From contig CM114271.1 of the NCBI GenBank assembly GCA_050084515.1, positions 42,284,001-42,348,000 of the forward strand: DNA of 64,000 nt, in the 5' to 3' direction. Made by a program: the position numbers and the translations under genes. Shown piece after piece: positions 50,399 through 64,000 of the stretch (positions within the stretch are counted from its first letter, which is position 1; every line of letters starts with the position of its first letter). This stretch comes from Blasia pusilla. Lineage: Eukaryota. The notes under the pieces are model-generated. The model had not been told where the DNA came from. It saw nothing but the letters and a program-made list of their open reading frames with translations, and made no database searches.

Positions 50399-51286
50399 TG
50401 TCTTATCGAGAGCTTTTCTTTCAGTAAGGACGGACCTTCTAGTTAAGGCACACATTGATGCAAGATGAACTCTCTAAGAAGTTCTCCTTTCTGGTACATA
50501 ATTACTATATACACTCTCCATTCTCTCAAGACAAGAATCACGAATGGTAGTGCCGAGGCGATCACTTCTTCATAGTATCTAGCCCCAAAATTCTTAACTT
50601 TAAAGTCTCTGTAAACTACTTTACGCTTATACACAAGAAAAATGACACAATTAGTGTTAAACCCTACTCGAGCACACCTATTAATATCCATGGATGGCTA
50701 TATAAGGACATACAAAATTCAATCCCATGTCCTTCCTTACGTGACAATAGGCATTATCATCGGAGTTGGAGATTGCATGACTTGGTTTACGAATCCCTCC
50801 TCACAATCATAGACTAGATAACGAGTAAACCAATACCTATCAACGAAGAGAACCTTTACGTGGTATGGTTTGAAAAAAGGAAAATCGAGTATGATTCGTG
50901 CTCCATCCCTATCTATAATTGACGGACATCCTCTATTGTCCTCAAGAAGAGGTTTTGGCAGAGTTGCTCTCCCAAGAGGGGTAATCCAGTCTCATTGGGA
51001 AAATAACAAGCCAAAACCATACACTATCCCTGGTATAACAAAATTCCCCTAAGATGACAAGTCTCTCCAAATAACCATCTCCACTTATATTAGACTCTAG
51101 AAAAATTTCCAAGAATAGACTGTGGTTAAATTACTCTCCCAAGAGGGGTAATCCACTCTTATTGGAAGAGCAAGCAAGCCTAGTGCTATCCACTCAAGAG
51201 TGATATGAGAAAACTCAAGAAATGAAATGAAGGTGATAAAACCTTGAAGGTCCCTCGTCTTCATATACTCATAAAGGATCCACAAG
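50399..51286. mobile_element. Solo-LTR-like family A copy (truncated on the right)
   Basis: Starts TGTCTTATCGAGAG; homology ends at GGATCCACAAG. Confidence 0.6.
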
Positions 51287-54200
51287 ATTGATCTCATGAT
51301 AGAGGGTTGAGGGCTTCTCCGATTATTCAAGAGCCACCTAGGATGATCCCATCCCAATTGCAAGGTGACCATTATCACCGATATGATCATACTAGAGATA
51401 GATATTTTGATCTTCATTGAGGGCTATATCCAAACATAGGCCAAGGATTTGGAGACGAGAGATTTGGTGGAGGTCATGGAATTGATGTTCATGGTTTTCT
51501 TGGCCCTCATAACCAAACAAGCGGCAAGCGAAACATTGGAACTCTAGCGGGCTCACGCTACGATGCTTTGCGCTTTGGAGAGGTCTCAAGAAGCGACAAG
51601 TCACTCTTCACCATTTTTGGGTACGAGTATTGATTTGTAGAGGTGTACATGTGCATATGAGCTCATGAGGTAGGCGTGGAGTCGTGCATGTGTACCAAAG
51701 CAAAAAGAATCAGGTGACGATCGCGCGTGCTCTTGATATCAGAAAACATAATGTGATGAAATCATCGAAATATGTTACAAATTTTGGAGATACAATGCAT
51801 CCATATGTCATCATGCAACAATGTACGTAGCAATCTTCGTGTTGATCCCACCCTAGAGATCTAACATTCTTGCAACCTTCTTCATATCTTGCCACAACAA
51901 GTGTGGTATCAAAGGATATCAAGTCTCCACTTCAAGTGTTGGATTCTCAACATCCACTTCTCTCATCATCATTAATTTGATCGGCCCCCTTATATGAGGA
52001 AAAGCCTAGATTGATGGTTCCGGCTTAGACGTCGAAGGAGTTATAGTAATATGACATAGTTGGTTTGTGGAGTAACATTACTAGGGTTATCTAACCCTAT
52101 ATTGCATCAGGGTGCATTTCTATGAATAGAAATAAAGAAAATAGGTTAAAAACCTTATTTTCTCAAGTAGTCAAATAGTCGGGAGCCGCAGCGGTAGCGC
52201 ATTCTTGTATGTTAAGTTATCTCCATGTTGAGGTTTCATCCAAGCTCTCTTTTGTAAGTGCTAGGACAATCTCTATGTAGAGATAGATGAGGTCTATCCA
52301 AGAACAAGCGTGTGTTTTGAGATGTTGCGGGTATGACAGCAATGACGTTGTAAGATGTGCATAAAGTAGTAGATCATGTCAAGTGAATGTGATGTTTGTT
52401 GTATAGAGTTAGGGAGACCCAACTGCCAACTAGGGGAACAGTTGTGTGATCTTAATGTATATAAATGAGTATATTTTGTTTGTGTATGGATCTATCCATA
52501 TGTTGGGAAGATCGATATTTTGTGGTATGGATGTGACCAACAATGTAGATTTTGTAGTAATGTGTGTCCGCACGACACTATCCTAAAGGTCATATTCTTT
52601 GATAACCTACACCAACCGTACTTGGCTTCACAATCTTCATCAAGAAGTTCTTTTCTCTTTGCTCTGAATCAGTCTTCACACGAAATACTCATAGTTTTTG
52701 CTAAAGATAGTACTGCAAAATACTTCTCTCTTCCTTATAAATTTTTCATTATGAAGATCTAATGTCTTTGTCTTCACTCTTTCTTCTTATATAATCCGCG
52801 AAGAATACGCCTTGATTAACTTCATCATTCTTTCTTCTCTTATATCATTCTTATAGAAAGAGTCTTCACCTTCTCTCACCTCGTTATCCTATCCTTGGAA
52901 TCCATTCCATTTTCTTTGTATTCTAATCATAAAAAATGTTGCTTCCAACTTTACTCCCTATATATATACCTTAACAAAAAAGGGTAATTGTCTTCTTTGC
53001 AATTGCGCGAGATCTTCACAAGCTGGACATTTCTAATCCTACTTTAAAGTTCTAATTAAAAAATTTTGAAATTTACAAAATTGGCAAGTATCACAACTAG
53101 CACTTGCCTTGACTTCCCATTTGGAGTCTCATGGTTATCTTACCACCCATTGCATTTCATGACTAGTCTCACAATCTCGCCCATCTTGACTACTTGCGCG
53201 TTCCTTATTTCTTGCCTTTAAATGGAGCTTGGCTCAGAGGTTTCATCTCTTGCTTGCCTTGCCCTTAACCTTTTGAGTACCGACGCCCCTTTCTTGGCTA
53301 ATGCTAGTCTCAAGGTGGGTGTACACCTCGCCTAGCATTAGTCTCACGGCCAATTCCACCACCGTTCCAAGTCTTTTGACTAGCTAGTCTAGGTTTTGAC
53401 TTTAGTGGACCACACCAATGTCTTTCATCCTTGACCCACAATCATGACTCGCTTTCCGGATCCCGGCTAGTATGAGCGCCATAGACTAAGATATTTGCAA
53501 CGATATTCTTCTTGCCCATGTTACAAAAATGTTCTCTTGTTGCTCAAATTACGATTTATGATTGTGTGTTTGGAAAGGGGGTTGATATCTTGGTGGGAGT
53601 TCTTATTTTACTTGCGTAAAGTTTGAAACTTTCGTATCTATTAAAATAAGGTTAGTATATTCAACCAAGTTGGGACTCTAAAATCACAATAAGGTTGGTG
53701 GAGATGGGCATAGCATTTTTGGTCTATTTTCGATGCAACCTAGGATGGAAGTTTTTTTGGGGCTAGGTGTATTAAAAGTGGTGCAAGAAGAGAATTTATC
53801 TTTCATAATAATATGTTACAATTGGATTTTATTCAATTCTTTGAAGATATATTATGAAAAACTAACTTCTTCATTTTTTAGAGTCTCCTTGCTTGACACA
53901 TGGCACTCATCCAACAAGAAAAAAAATTCCACAACATGAGCAACAAGAAAATTTGGCAATGTGATTACTCCATGTATAGCACATGCTCCACATTAGTCTT
54001 ATATATTTACTTTCTATATAAAATTTTGTTATTTTTTATAGAAAAAAATTCCTAGATGGATTTTGAATGCCCTCTTTTCCTTTAATGTCCTCTCATCTAC
54101 CACACTTTCAAATGACACAAGTTTGAGTGATGTGAATTCATATTTTGGTAATCTATATAATGAATCATTCAAAATTCTCCCTCTTCCCCTTAGATGTATA

Positions 54201-55867
54201 TTTCTATCTTTACTTCTCTTTCCACAAATCAATTACAACTAATCCACGCTTTTGGTTATCATTATTATAAGTGTTTATTGAAAATTTTCTCTTTATGCTC
54301 TAGCATCATAACTAATTTACAAACTAAATCATATTATTTATACATAATTCCAATCTACGATTCTACACTTGCATCTCTTCATGCCCTTTATAATATATTG
54401 AATTATTGGTGATCATTGGTGATTGACCAATCATCCAATGGCCCATATGGATCATAACTATTGCCATCATATACAATATCTTTATACAATCCAAAACCTA
54501 TTTGTTGAATAGGTCACAACTTCCTACTATATTTCCTCTTGAGCCCTTCTACAAACCTACAATATGACTAGACTCCATGATTTTCCATTTTTCAATTCAT
54601 TGGCATTGGTTCATTAACAATCACTAGTGAAGTGTTTTTGTTGAGCACGATCCCTCTTAACTTCTATTATTTTTTCCCACACCCGATTGGATCACCAACG
54701 TGAAAAATTAATTTTGAGGGACACATGGCAGCATGAGGAAAGGCACTAGAAAACTCAATTCTCCCATTAGTATAGAGATTATGAGTCATCATTAAATCGG
54801 AATTGATCTTATCTTGAATGGCCAAAACCTTAACTTCAATATTCCCACATTAATTAACTTTTCTGAGGGGTGGATTCCATGCGCGCAGCGTATCGGCAAC
54901 GATGGAGCGTCACAGAGTTTTTTGCGCCCAAAAGTTTTGGGCGCAGAATTCATCCAACGTCCTCACCACCTATTTAACTAAAATCCGTTAGAAACTAATT
55001 GAAACCAGTGGGTGTTTCCCTCGTGAACCATTGGATACAAATTTTCAGACCTAGAAAATAGGTCCTTGCAACCTCCACGCGTGCTCATGGAAGTGGGCCC
55101 AAATATCTGCCATCAATGTAGGTGTTTCCAATTCCCAAAAAAAAAACTAGTATCTTTTCGTGAGTCCGTGGTGTTGAATCAATTCACATCCTTAAGTTAG
55201 CAACGGCTTCTACTGAGCTCCACTAGATCTAGTATCCCTTCTATTCACCTTCAAATTCAAAACCTATGTATTTGTAATCTCAACCAATCTTAAGTGATGA
55301 GAATTTTGAGATTTTTAGGAAAGTATTTTGTCCTTCCTAAGGAACCAATGTCTTTTCAAAGTTTTCTATTCATGTCTTTGCAAGAATAATTGATCTCCGC
55401 GAATCTGATATGGTTAAGTTACCTAACATATTTCCATAGTATCTAATGTCTCTTCATAATACTCTTAACTACTCTTTAACTAGTTTGGTTTTTCCTTCGT
55501 CCACCTTCCACCATATTGGGTGTCCCTTCATTCCTAAATAATATCAAATATGGTGTATTCCTCTATCCTTTGTTTAACACACCTATCATTCCTTACTAGG
55601 TTAGTTATCTTCCTCCTTTACTCTATCTTTTTGCTCCCATGGACTCCTAACTTCTTTAGTGTTACCCTTCTCTACCTTTATTCAAGATGTCTTTATCTTT
55701 TAGCACAACTAAATCTTGTACCATATCCAAATGTCCAAGTGGCATGGAAAAACAATCCTTAGGTTACCCTTGAGTGCTAAGAGATTGCATGTAGTTTCTT
55801 TTGGAAGGGATTTTTTCCAAAGGTCACATTTTGGTCCTCCTTGTCTAAGAAACACAATTACTAGATA

Positions 55868-56101
55868 CTAGCATCTTGCCGCCCGATGCACGGGTGAAAA
55901 AATCCCTTAGTACCCTTAGTTCTTCTTGTTAGCACTTAGTTAAATACTCTTGTACACGTGTCTACACGTGGAGGCTTAAAAAAACTTACATGTCAACTCG
56001 TAACCTTTTTGAAGACCCATATATACACGTGTAAGTGAGGGCGGGGTTTGGGAAGCCTGGTGGAGGGCTTCCCAAACCCCGTTCGCTTTTAATAATATAG
56101 A
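55868..56101 (-). mobile_element. Non-autonomous Helitron (234 bp)
   Basis: On the minus strand it starts A|TCTATATTATTAAAAGC and ends with the hairpin CACCCG-TGCAT-CGGGCG, 8 nt, then CTAG|T. These are canonical Helitron termini at an A-T insertion site. Confidence 0.8.
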
Positions 56102-57643
56102 TTCCTTTTTCGTTCTTGTGAGACGCCAAATTGAAAAGCAATCTTCCTTAATCTAGAACTTTTCAAGTACATTTAATGAGGGCATCATTCTACACTTAAT
56201 CTTGGAGGTGAGGACGAATTGCATAGAACTTGGGGATAAAGTTTATGTGAGATGGAAATTGTGCTACACATTAAAGTCCTATTTCCCTTTTCTTCCATTC
56301 TTCGTGAGACACCTAGTAAGATTTCCGTAGAAGGCAAGTTCTACTCCCTTTTCTTCAATTCCTTGATGGAAAACTAGTAAGGTTTCCTTTTTCTTCTACC
56401 AAGTCAAGGGAAAAACTATGAAAAACCGATGGTGTGACCAAACCTACCACCAACACGCCTAACACAAAAGCTGTATTATGACGGACCACATGGGACCTCC
56501 CTTGCACACGCTTAAGTGCTATAGACTAACAGATGAAGTCCAGTAGGCTATATCTAAAAGTAGGCTCTTCACCGTTGCATGTGCACTTTCACTATGGGAT
56601 ATCAACGTGGGTCTTCAGCCACACTTGTGGGCCGTTAAATCATGAAAATGAAAGAAAAAAGCAACTAATCGTCGTTGAGGAATCGTAACTCGCCAGTTTC
56701 GTTCACAAGGTTGAGTGCTTAATTCTTCGAGTGATGGGTCCAGGAATTGGCAGTCACCTCGAAATAGGCACAACTTCACCAAAGGGGATGGCTAGTGAAG
56801 AGTGTGAATCTCTGGTGAGTAGCAGAGGGGATCTGCTGACAGTGTAGTGCACAACCCACCGCCTCCAATTGAGTCAAACCTGGGTCAAAAAATCCAATTC
56901 AAGCGGCACGTAGGTGGAGGACAAAGCAATTCAGGAAGCCCAGAAAGCATCGTGCAGAGTGCACTCCAAAGGTGTGTCTGGAAAGGAGAAAAGCACGGCC
57001 CTGAAGGCCCATAAGTGTCGTAGAGTGCCACCACTTTTAACCTTCCAATTCAGGCATCCAAAAGCTCTCCAGTGCTTCAAAAGTAGTGCATCCACAACAG
57101 TGTTGAGAAGGCTTCATATTCCATAAAAAAGCAATCCACCAGAGTTGGAGACCCAAAGCTCCAACAACGAGCATTCATCATGGGGCTGGAATTAACAGTG
57201 CGTATCACCCACAGATCTCGAGGGCTCACGCGCACCAAGAGCTTTCCGAGCAGTGCGACATCGTCCTGTCCCTCACACATTGAAGCAGTGAGCTTTATTT
57301 TATCGTCCCACTTCGGGAAAAAAGTACAACTGAAAATGGATGTCGTAGATCTCATTACTCTGACTACCGTTTTATGGATTTATTTACAGTATGAGAAAAG
57401 GGGAGAGCTCAACTTAAGCTGACTCGCGCTCCCTCTAACCTACAAGTTTCCAATCCACTTCTCTTGGTGAACTGGAGGAGTCTGCTACTCTTATAACGTA
57501 ATGTGGGGTTAGTGAGATAATTTAATTTGAGGTTGATCTTCCAACCGCAGGGATTTGCTACTCATATAATTTAATGTGGGGTTAGTGGGATAATTTAACT
57601 TGAAGTTGATCTTCGTAAGCATCCAGTGGGGGCTGATGAAGTC

Positions 57644-60600
57644 TCATAGCTCGAAGCTAACTGAGTGGAAGTGAAAATTAGTGTATGCTGAGGTTCGGCA
57701 GGAAGATCTATGGCGTCCACATTCAGCCGCTACATCAGCCTCTAAGGAGGACGGGCCCGAGACCAGAACTCCCACCTCTTGCCCTTCGAAACGTTTCGTC
57801 AGCTGACCAAAAACATCTGCAAGGCATACGATCCCGTAATAGAAGGTTAGCAAAATCACACGAGAAGCTTTGCTCTCAAACCACGAGTACTCGTCAGCTG
57901 TCTATCTGTATGATCATGTAATCGCTTGAGACTTTATCATGATGTACTGTCATCACTGGATTACCTCACCAAGTAAAACGCTCGGACATTATAAGGGTCC
58001 ACTTAGAGCGTTGCAGATTATGAAAACGAGAAGACGAATGCGTGAAGGACACTGACACTGGACTTGATGGGATGGTTCTCACCTTTCCAAACGGGTCTCA
58101 AGCCCAAGTGCAAAGATCCGGCCCATGGTGAGCGATGAGCAGGTTCGTACTCTGTTGAGGGTTGGGGGTAGATTCGGCCCTGGCTCTCTTCGCCTCCGAA
58201 ACAGCCAACTGAGGAGCGAGACCTATTACGGACACAGAAAGACCATAGCAGGACGGCAGTGCCCCCACACAGTACCACCCCCAAAAACAGACTGACCAAG
58301 AAAAGCACAGATTCCTTGTAGTTTTTGTAGTGCGAGCCACGGTGCTGAATGACCAGCACGTTGGACAAACCCCACAGGATCATGAATCCCAATGTTGCTG
58401 CACATGCAGCCGCTGCAGCCCACACTGCGTTGCCTGTCCCTGACACCAGGGAGACAGTTTGAGCTCCTGCCTCGATGGGAGCGGGAGTTACCATTTCGAC
58501 TATGGGTTTGGAATACACAAAGCTCCATCCTTCGTAAGTTTCCAGGTCCAGTGTGCCCGAGGGTTTGTTCTCCAGGCTCGCAGGGTAGTCTGCAATGGTC
58601 TTGGATGTGCAGTAAGCCTGAACGGAAATCTGCACTTTGCTGTTGAAGTCCGGAAGAATCTCTCTTGGGTCTAGTGTGTTGAGGATAGCGAGGTCCGAGG
58701 GTTTCCTCACGCAGTAGATGAGGGTGATGCTTTCGGGAAGACCTTCTCGCTCCAGATTGTAACGATGGAGTAGGTCTCTCAGGATAGCAAGGAAAGGAGT
58801 GATTCCAATACCACCAGCAACCAACACCAGTTGTTTGTAGCTGCAAGCCAACATTTCAATGGTCAAATCCGTGATGGACAAATTCGACCAACATTCTGAA
58901 ATGTACGATTCAAAATTCACAAACAGATCCAAATCGATCAATTGGGATATACTCACTTGAGATAGAAGTCGACCTCATCTCCGTAGGGACCCTCCAGAGA
59001 AGACTTGAACGAGAAGGGGCACTTGGATTTGACGAGAGATTTCGACTGCCTCGACCCTTCTGATAGAGCGTCCGTCAAGCCAAGAGTCCACCCACCCAAG
59101 GGTTTAATGCAGATAGAGAGTTGGTCTTTCCCGTCCAGCGGACTCGAAGTTAAACTGAACGGATGCCAATACACCCGTGACACGCTCGGGAGTAAAACGT
59201 ACACGATGCTCAGGGGATGATACACGAAATCTGATCAATGCAGAATAGAGCTGTCAGAAACCAAAACAACGCTCAAACTGGTGGAAAAAGAGGAGATGGG
59301 GACAAAATATTGGCAAGGGCTTAACGCAGACAACGCTCATGGGATGGCAGACGAAAACTAAGCATAGGACAAACGGAAATTCGCAGAAACCAAGAAGTTG
59401 GTAGCTCTGGAACAAACAGGAGATGGGGATTCGTGAACGAGAAGCAAACATTGCCTTTGGGATAGCAGACAGAATTTGTTTACAGGACTCCGAACCATCA
59501 GAGACAAAGACGAAGCTCAGGAAAAGACAGATGGCATCAAATGAGTGCGACGTAAACAATTCTCGGGGCATGCAGACGAAATTGGAGCAGAGGAGAATAT
59601 ACTGTCAGAAACCTAGGCGAAGCTCGAAAGTTCAGCAACAAAACGAGATGGGGACAGAACCAAGAGAAGTCAGAGGTTCAAGACAAGCCTCGAAGATCGA
59701 GAACCAGAGGAGATGGGAATCATTGAGTGTCACTTAGGGATAGCTCAGAGAATTGTAGACAAAACTTTAACTAAAATGAGACGGCAAGTAAGTGAACAGG
59801 ACGAGGGAGAAGTTAATTCGAGGTATGGCAGACGAAATCCCAACACAGAACAGCAGAAATGTCGGAAACCCAGATAAAACTGCAATTTCCGGAACAAAAA
59901 GGAGGTAGGGAGAGAAGTGACTGAGTATAAGAGACCTTCGATATGCTCAGAGAACTGTACGCGACCTCGGAACTACCAGAATGTGGGTAGTTTCTGACTA
60001 GGACGTAGACAATGCCGAGGACGGCAGACATAATCCTAACACAGGACAACCGAAATGCCAGAGATGAAGACGGAGCTGGAAGGCATGGATCAACAAAAAA
60101 AACACTTGGGGTTAGGATTGAACGACTTACTTTCAGGGGTGGGAAACTTGAGCTCCACCGCACCAGAGGGTAGCACTCTGGCCGACAACACGTCCACGGT
60201 TTGACGGGATTGAACGAGGCGAATGAAGCGATCCACAAAGAACAGCAGCACGGGGATGGCCACGTAGTACACCGCACCCACGAAATGGCACGCGAACAAC
60301 AGGAAGAACAGCACGTAAAACTGGTGCACGCTGTAAAACAAATCAAACAGCCTTCTACGCATGAAAGGCAGAGACGTGAACCACATCAGTAATCCCAAAA
60401 CCAACGCACAGAATCCGCACACGACCGCCGCTCCAGGCGTTGTCCTCCAGTTGAAAATCTGCACATCAAATTACAACTACTAGCTGCATCAGTACTTAGG
60501 GCCGTTCATTCCAGACGACACACGCTGCGGCAGAGCCTTGACTCACGGTTCTCGCGATGCACGGCAGTTTTCCACGGCCCAAAATGCGGTACTTACGTGA

Positions 60601-62053
60601 GACACTTCGTTGTTCGCCACGAAGAAGACGATGAAGGTTGCCCCGTGGCCAGCGAAGAGAAGCAGGGCCAGTTGAGCGAGCCATGTGTGATAGCGGACCG
60701 CCTGCTCCCAAGGAAGCCGGATGAAACGCAGCAGTGGCGACCCTCTTGTAACAGGAATCCACAGCAGCGAGAACGGTATGAGCCCCGCGCTGGCCAAGCT
60801 AACGGACGACTGCAGGAACTTGAGCGTCCACCTGAATCCCCCAAAAAAGGATGATCAGCACTCGCTTTTGATGGACTGGTTGATGTAAGAACTGTTTTTA
60901 TCAAGAGACTTCGCACGCCTCTCGTCACAGCACACGCAAAAACGTTTTTTTTTGCAAGGACGCCAACTGACTCATGAAAAGATATAGCCACAATCATAAT
61001 AATCGCAGGTCTCGCTCTACCGTGGGGAGCGAAAGATCAATTAGCGCCAAGGACAGTTGTTGCCGTCATCGATGCCTTTAAAAACAACCCTCTCGCTATG
61101 ATCAATTCTAATGAAAATCAAGAACCGGGTGCCAGCTTTGAGAGAGTCGACAGGTTTACTTTGGTGGAGCTCCGGGGAAGTTCGGTTGGCGATTGACCCC
61201 CTGAACTCCGACGTAGGTACTCTTGATGAAGTTCCACAGCACGAGGAAGAGAATCACACACAGGAAGAGGAGGTCTCCTACGGTGAGCACACCCAACGGA
61301 GTCTTTGCGAACACGACGACGTGCATGAGCGTCCTGAGATCTCGGAGGATTCCTTGGCGTTTACACCGGCTGCAAAATCCACATCCGGCACAGCCGAGTC
61401 AGGACAGCATGTCATGTTTGCAGACTCTGCACTGGAGCTGTAAACGAAACAGCGGACAATGCTCTCATGGACACACGTACGATCTCGACCCACTACCACT
61501 GGAGTATCCCTCGATCGGTCCATCCACCGCTCTTTTCGGGTGACAAGCATTTACGGCCGATCACAGCACCTCATCTCAAATTGCCGTCAGACAAAAGGAT
61601 CTCTCTAGCTCCTGCCGACTACTGAATAGCTACGCTGGGCTGTCGCTGAATGGTCCCGAGCGACTGAGACAGGAAGTTCGGTGGTTTGGGCCAGTTGCCG
61701 CTGGATACTGCCTACTGGTGGCCCCAGTTACAGGCGGGTGGTTAGCTATAGTGGATACGCATTGGACGTGAACGACAGACAAGGACTGGATGGGACGGGA
61801 GAGAATGAGTGTCGATCGATAATAGATGGTCGATCCAGACGTAGAATTGGCGTGAGAGGGACGACCGTCGCTGGGATCTGAAACCACCGGTTCCGAGGAT
61901 GTCTCTCCCACAAGTTGCGATTTGACACCAGTAACAAGAAGGCTATCTCTACTACGGCTACATGGGAACCCATATTCGAAACATTTTTGCTAGACTCCAC
62001 TGCCTGTTGGAGATATACCGACTAAACTTCAGCTCCGCTCGGTGAAAACATGA

Positions 62054-62106
<53 letters not shown>

Positions 62107-62156
62107 ATTACAAAAATGGCAGTGGAAATGAGTCACGCACCAGCTGGAGGCGGTTT

Positions 62157-62205
<49 letters not shown>

Positions 62206-62721
62206 ATTACAAAAATGGCAGTGGAAATGAGTCACGCACCAGCTGGAGGCGGTTTGTGTGTGTGTGTGTGTCTCTCTCTCTCTGTGATTACAAAAATGGC
62301 AGTGGAAATGAGTCACGCACCAGCTGGAGGCGGTTTGTGCTATCCTCAGCTCGATGAGGATGTAGCTGAGAATCGATGCCAGAAGGATCGGTGCAGCTTG
62401 GAAGATAAACACGGAACCTATACAGCACAAAAGACATGGTGAGTCTCAGCCTCCTTACCTCCCTCAAAACCTCGTCAAGTCATACCTAAGCCGTATGAGA
62501 ACGTTGCGCAACCTGCCTCTCTCACCCAAATGCCACGTTCAAATTGGGTGCAAACCTTGCGCTCCCAAGAATTTCGAGTCCAGATGGTCATCCACCCTTG
62601 CGAGAAACCTTCTGCCCGCTCCCAGAGGTTCGAGTATCCAGTAGGATACCCAAAACGCCAGCGAGAGTGCGATGAGCAGTTCCACAGTGCGCTTGGCTAC
62701 TACCACCACGATCGGGCCCAT
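57644..62721 (-). CDS. FRO: Ferric reduction oxidase (FRO family ferric-chelate reductase), 8 exons
   Basis: Approximate exons: 62721-62556, 62417-62322, 61369-61160, 60832-60597, 60458-60131, 59229-58957, 58840-58084 and 57818-57644. Motifs: PLGVLTVGDLLF, PVTRGSPLL..RYHTWL, FYSVHQFY, WHPFSLTS (FAD), EGPYG, LVAGGIGITPF (NADPH), VGVLVSGP and FHSVSFEL*. Confidence 0.93.
62058..62339. repeat. Three identical about 57 bp units separated by (CT)n/(GT)n microsatellites at the FRO exon 2/intron 2 junction
   Basis: CTGTGATTACAAAAATGGCAGTGGAAATGAGTCACGCACCAGCTGGAGGCGGTTTGTG at 62102, 62201 and 62282. Confidence 0.95.
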
Positions 62722-64000
62722 TCTTTCCCTGGAGATTTCCAGCTGCAGCGAAGAGTGTCGTGCTGCTACCGTCTTCCAGCGGTCCGCTCACGCACTCGTT
62801 CACCAGTGAGCCTTCACGAGCATGCCTCCCGAATTCTTGGACCCCATTTGTTCATCACACTCACTCGGAGTCGAGTCTCGAACTCGAACTCACGCGAGGA
62901 GGCAAAAACCTCCCGCGGTGCAGTAGAACTGTCATGCACTATGACCGGACGTACGGTCAGACAGATTGAGATTCGGCATTCCTCTCTGACTACCGTCACT
63001 ACCCACGAGCTCGAGTAATGGGAAGCAAGAAAGATATCAAGAAAGAGAAGCTCATAAGAGCGATTGAGCGGAAAGCGCTTCTTCACCAGACTGTTCACTG
63101 TTGCAGCGACCGCAAGATCCAGCAGAACCGAAATTGATTGACGCGCGGACAAATGCACAATCAATGCGGCTCGCCGCAGTTGCGAGCCCGACTCTGCCGA
63201 CTCTGCCCGAGTCCTTCGTCAGTCAGTCAGTCCGCTGCATCCGGATCCGCAGAAATTACTTCTATCCGCTCAGTCCACTCTCTAGTCAGAGAGAGAGCAC
63301 CATGCGCCGATCCCAAACTGCTCACCTCTCGTCTTGCGCGGCTCTTTATACCACCCGCTTCCCGGCGACGACCATCTCTGCCATAGCTCTTGCGAAGTTG
63401 GGAAATCTGTCGTGGTTTCGACATTGGTTATTATGTTTGAACTAGTGTGCGGCCCGTGCTTTCACGGGACTAATCTCGTTGGGAAAAAAAATTTCTTGTC
63501 GTCATTGTCAAAGATTTTTTCTTGTCCCTCCTCTTGCACTCCCTCCCATAATAATATAGAAAGATGTAGGATGACTTTTTTCATTTAACTATGGAAATCC
63601 ACCGTGCGTTCGTTTAGGTTTGACGGAGAAAATTCATGTCTATTTTTGGAATTTCCTATTTGAGAGGCAACGTTTCTTCTATGTATAGTGGGACGATTCA
63701 TAATAAAAAATTCAATTATTGTCCATGTTTTCAAAAGATTGTTTTTAGTTCGGTTGTCATGCGTCAAGTAGATGTATGGAAATGAACAAGGTATTCTCCC
63801 ATAACATGGAAAAAAATTAGATTATATTATAGATTTTCTTATAGGAAATATCTTTAATAAAAATTACTAATTCTTGATTTTTTGTATCAAAAGTAGTAAT
63901 TTGCTATCCATGGAATATAATGGATTACACCAATGACAAGAAGATATGTAAATCCAAAATTCAAACAAGAGGAAATAAAAAAGGGGGTTGATTATTTCTA

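Noticed and set aside
32200-62721. Functional iron/redox gene cluster of SDH1 and FRO
   Set aside because: The two unrelated genes are about 19 kb apart and separated by TEs, with no evidence of co-regulation.

Overview
Eukaryotic land-plant nuclear DNA; the gene style suggests a non-seed plant such as a bryophyte, which is inference only. Two intact-looking spliced host genes lie on the minus strand: mitochondrial succinate dehydrogenase flavoprotein SDH1 (about 32200-38582) and a ferric reductase oxidase, FRO family (57644-62721). The first 28 kb is a nested cluster of at least four decayed copies of an unusual Mutator-like (MULE) DNA transposon. Each unit has a minus-strand GCM-like/DDE/SWIM transposase and, divergently, a plus-strand spliced gene fusing a ParB/Srx-like domain to a beta-class amino (N4C/N6A-type) DNA methyltransferase-like domain. 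Dozens of copies of a 27-29 bp palindrome, consensus TGCAACCCGTCGGA(G/C)TCCGACGGGTTGCA, sit in the introns, the intergenic promoter region and subterminal DNA and were not seen in exons. Candidate purine-rich TIRs (GCGGTA(A/G)GAGG...) lie at 12382, 12802 and 27686. Between SDH1 and FRO are a decayed Helitron Rep-PIF1 gene interrupted by solo-LTR-like insertions and a small non-autonomous Helitron. All domain calls were made by eye from motifs; no database searches were run.
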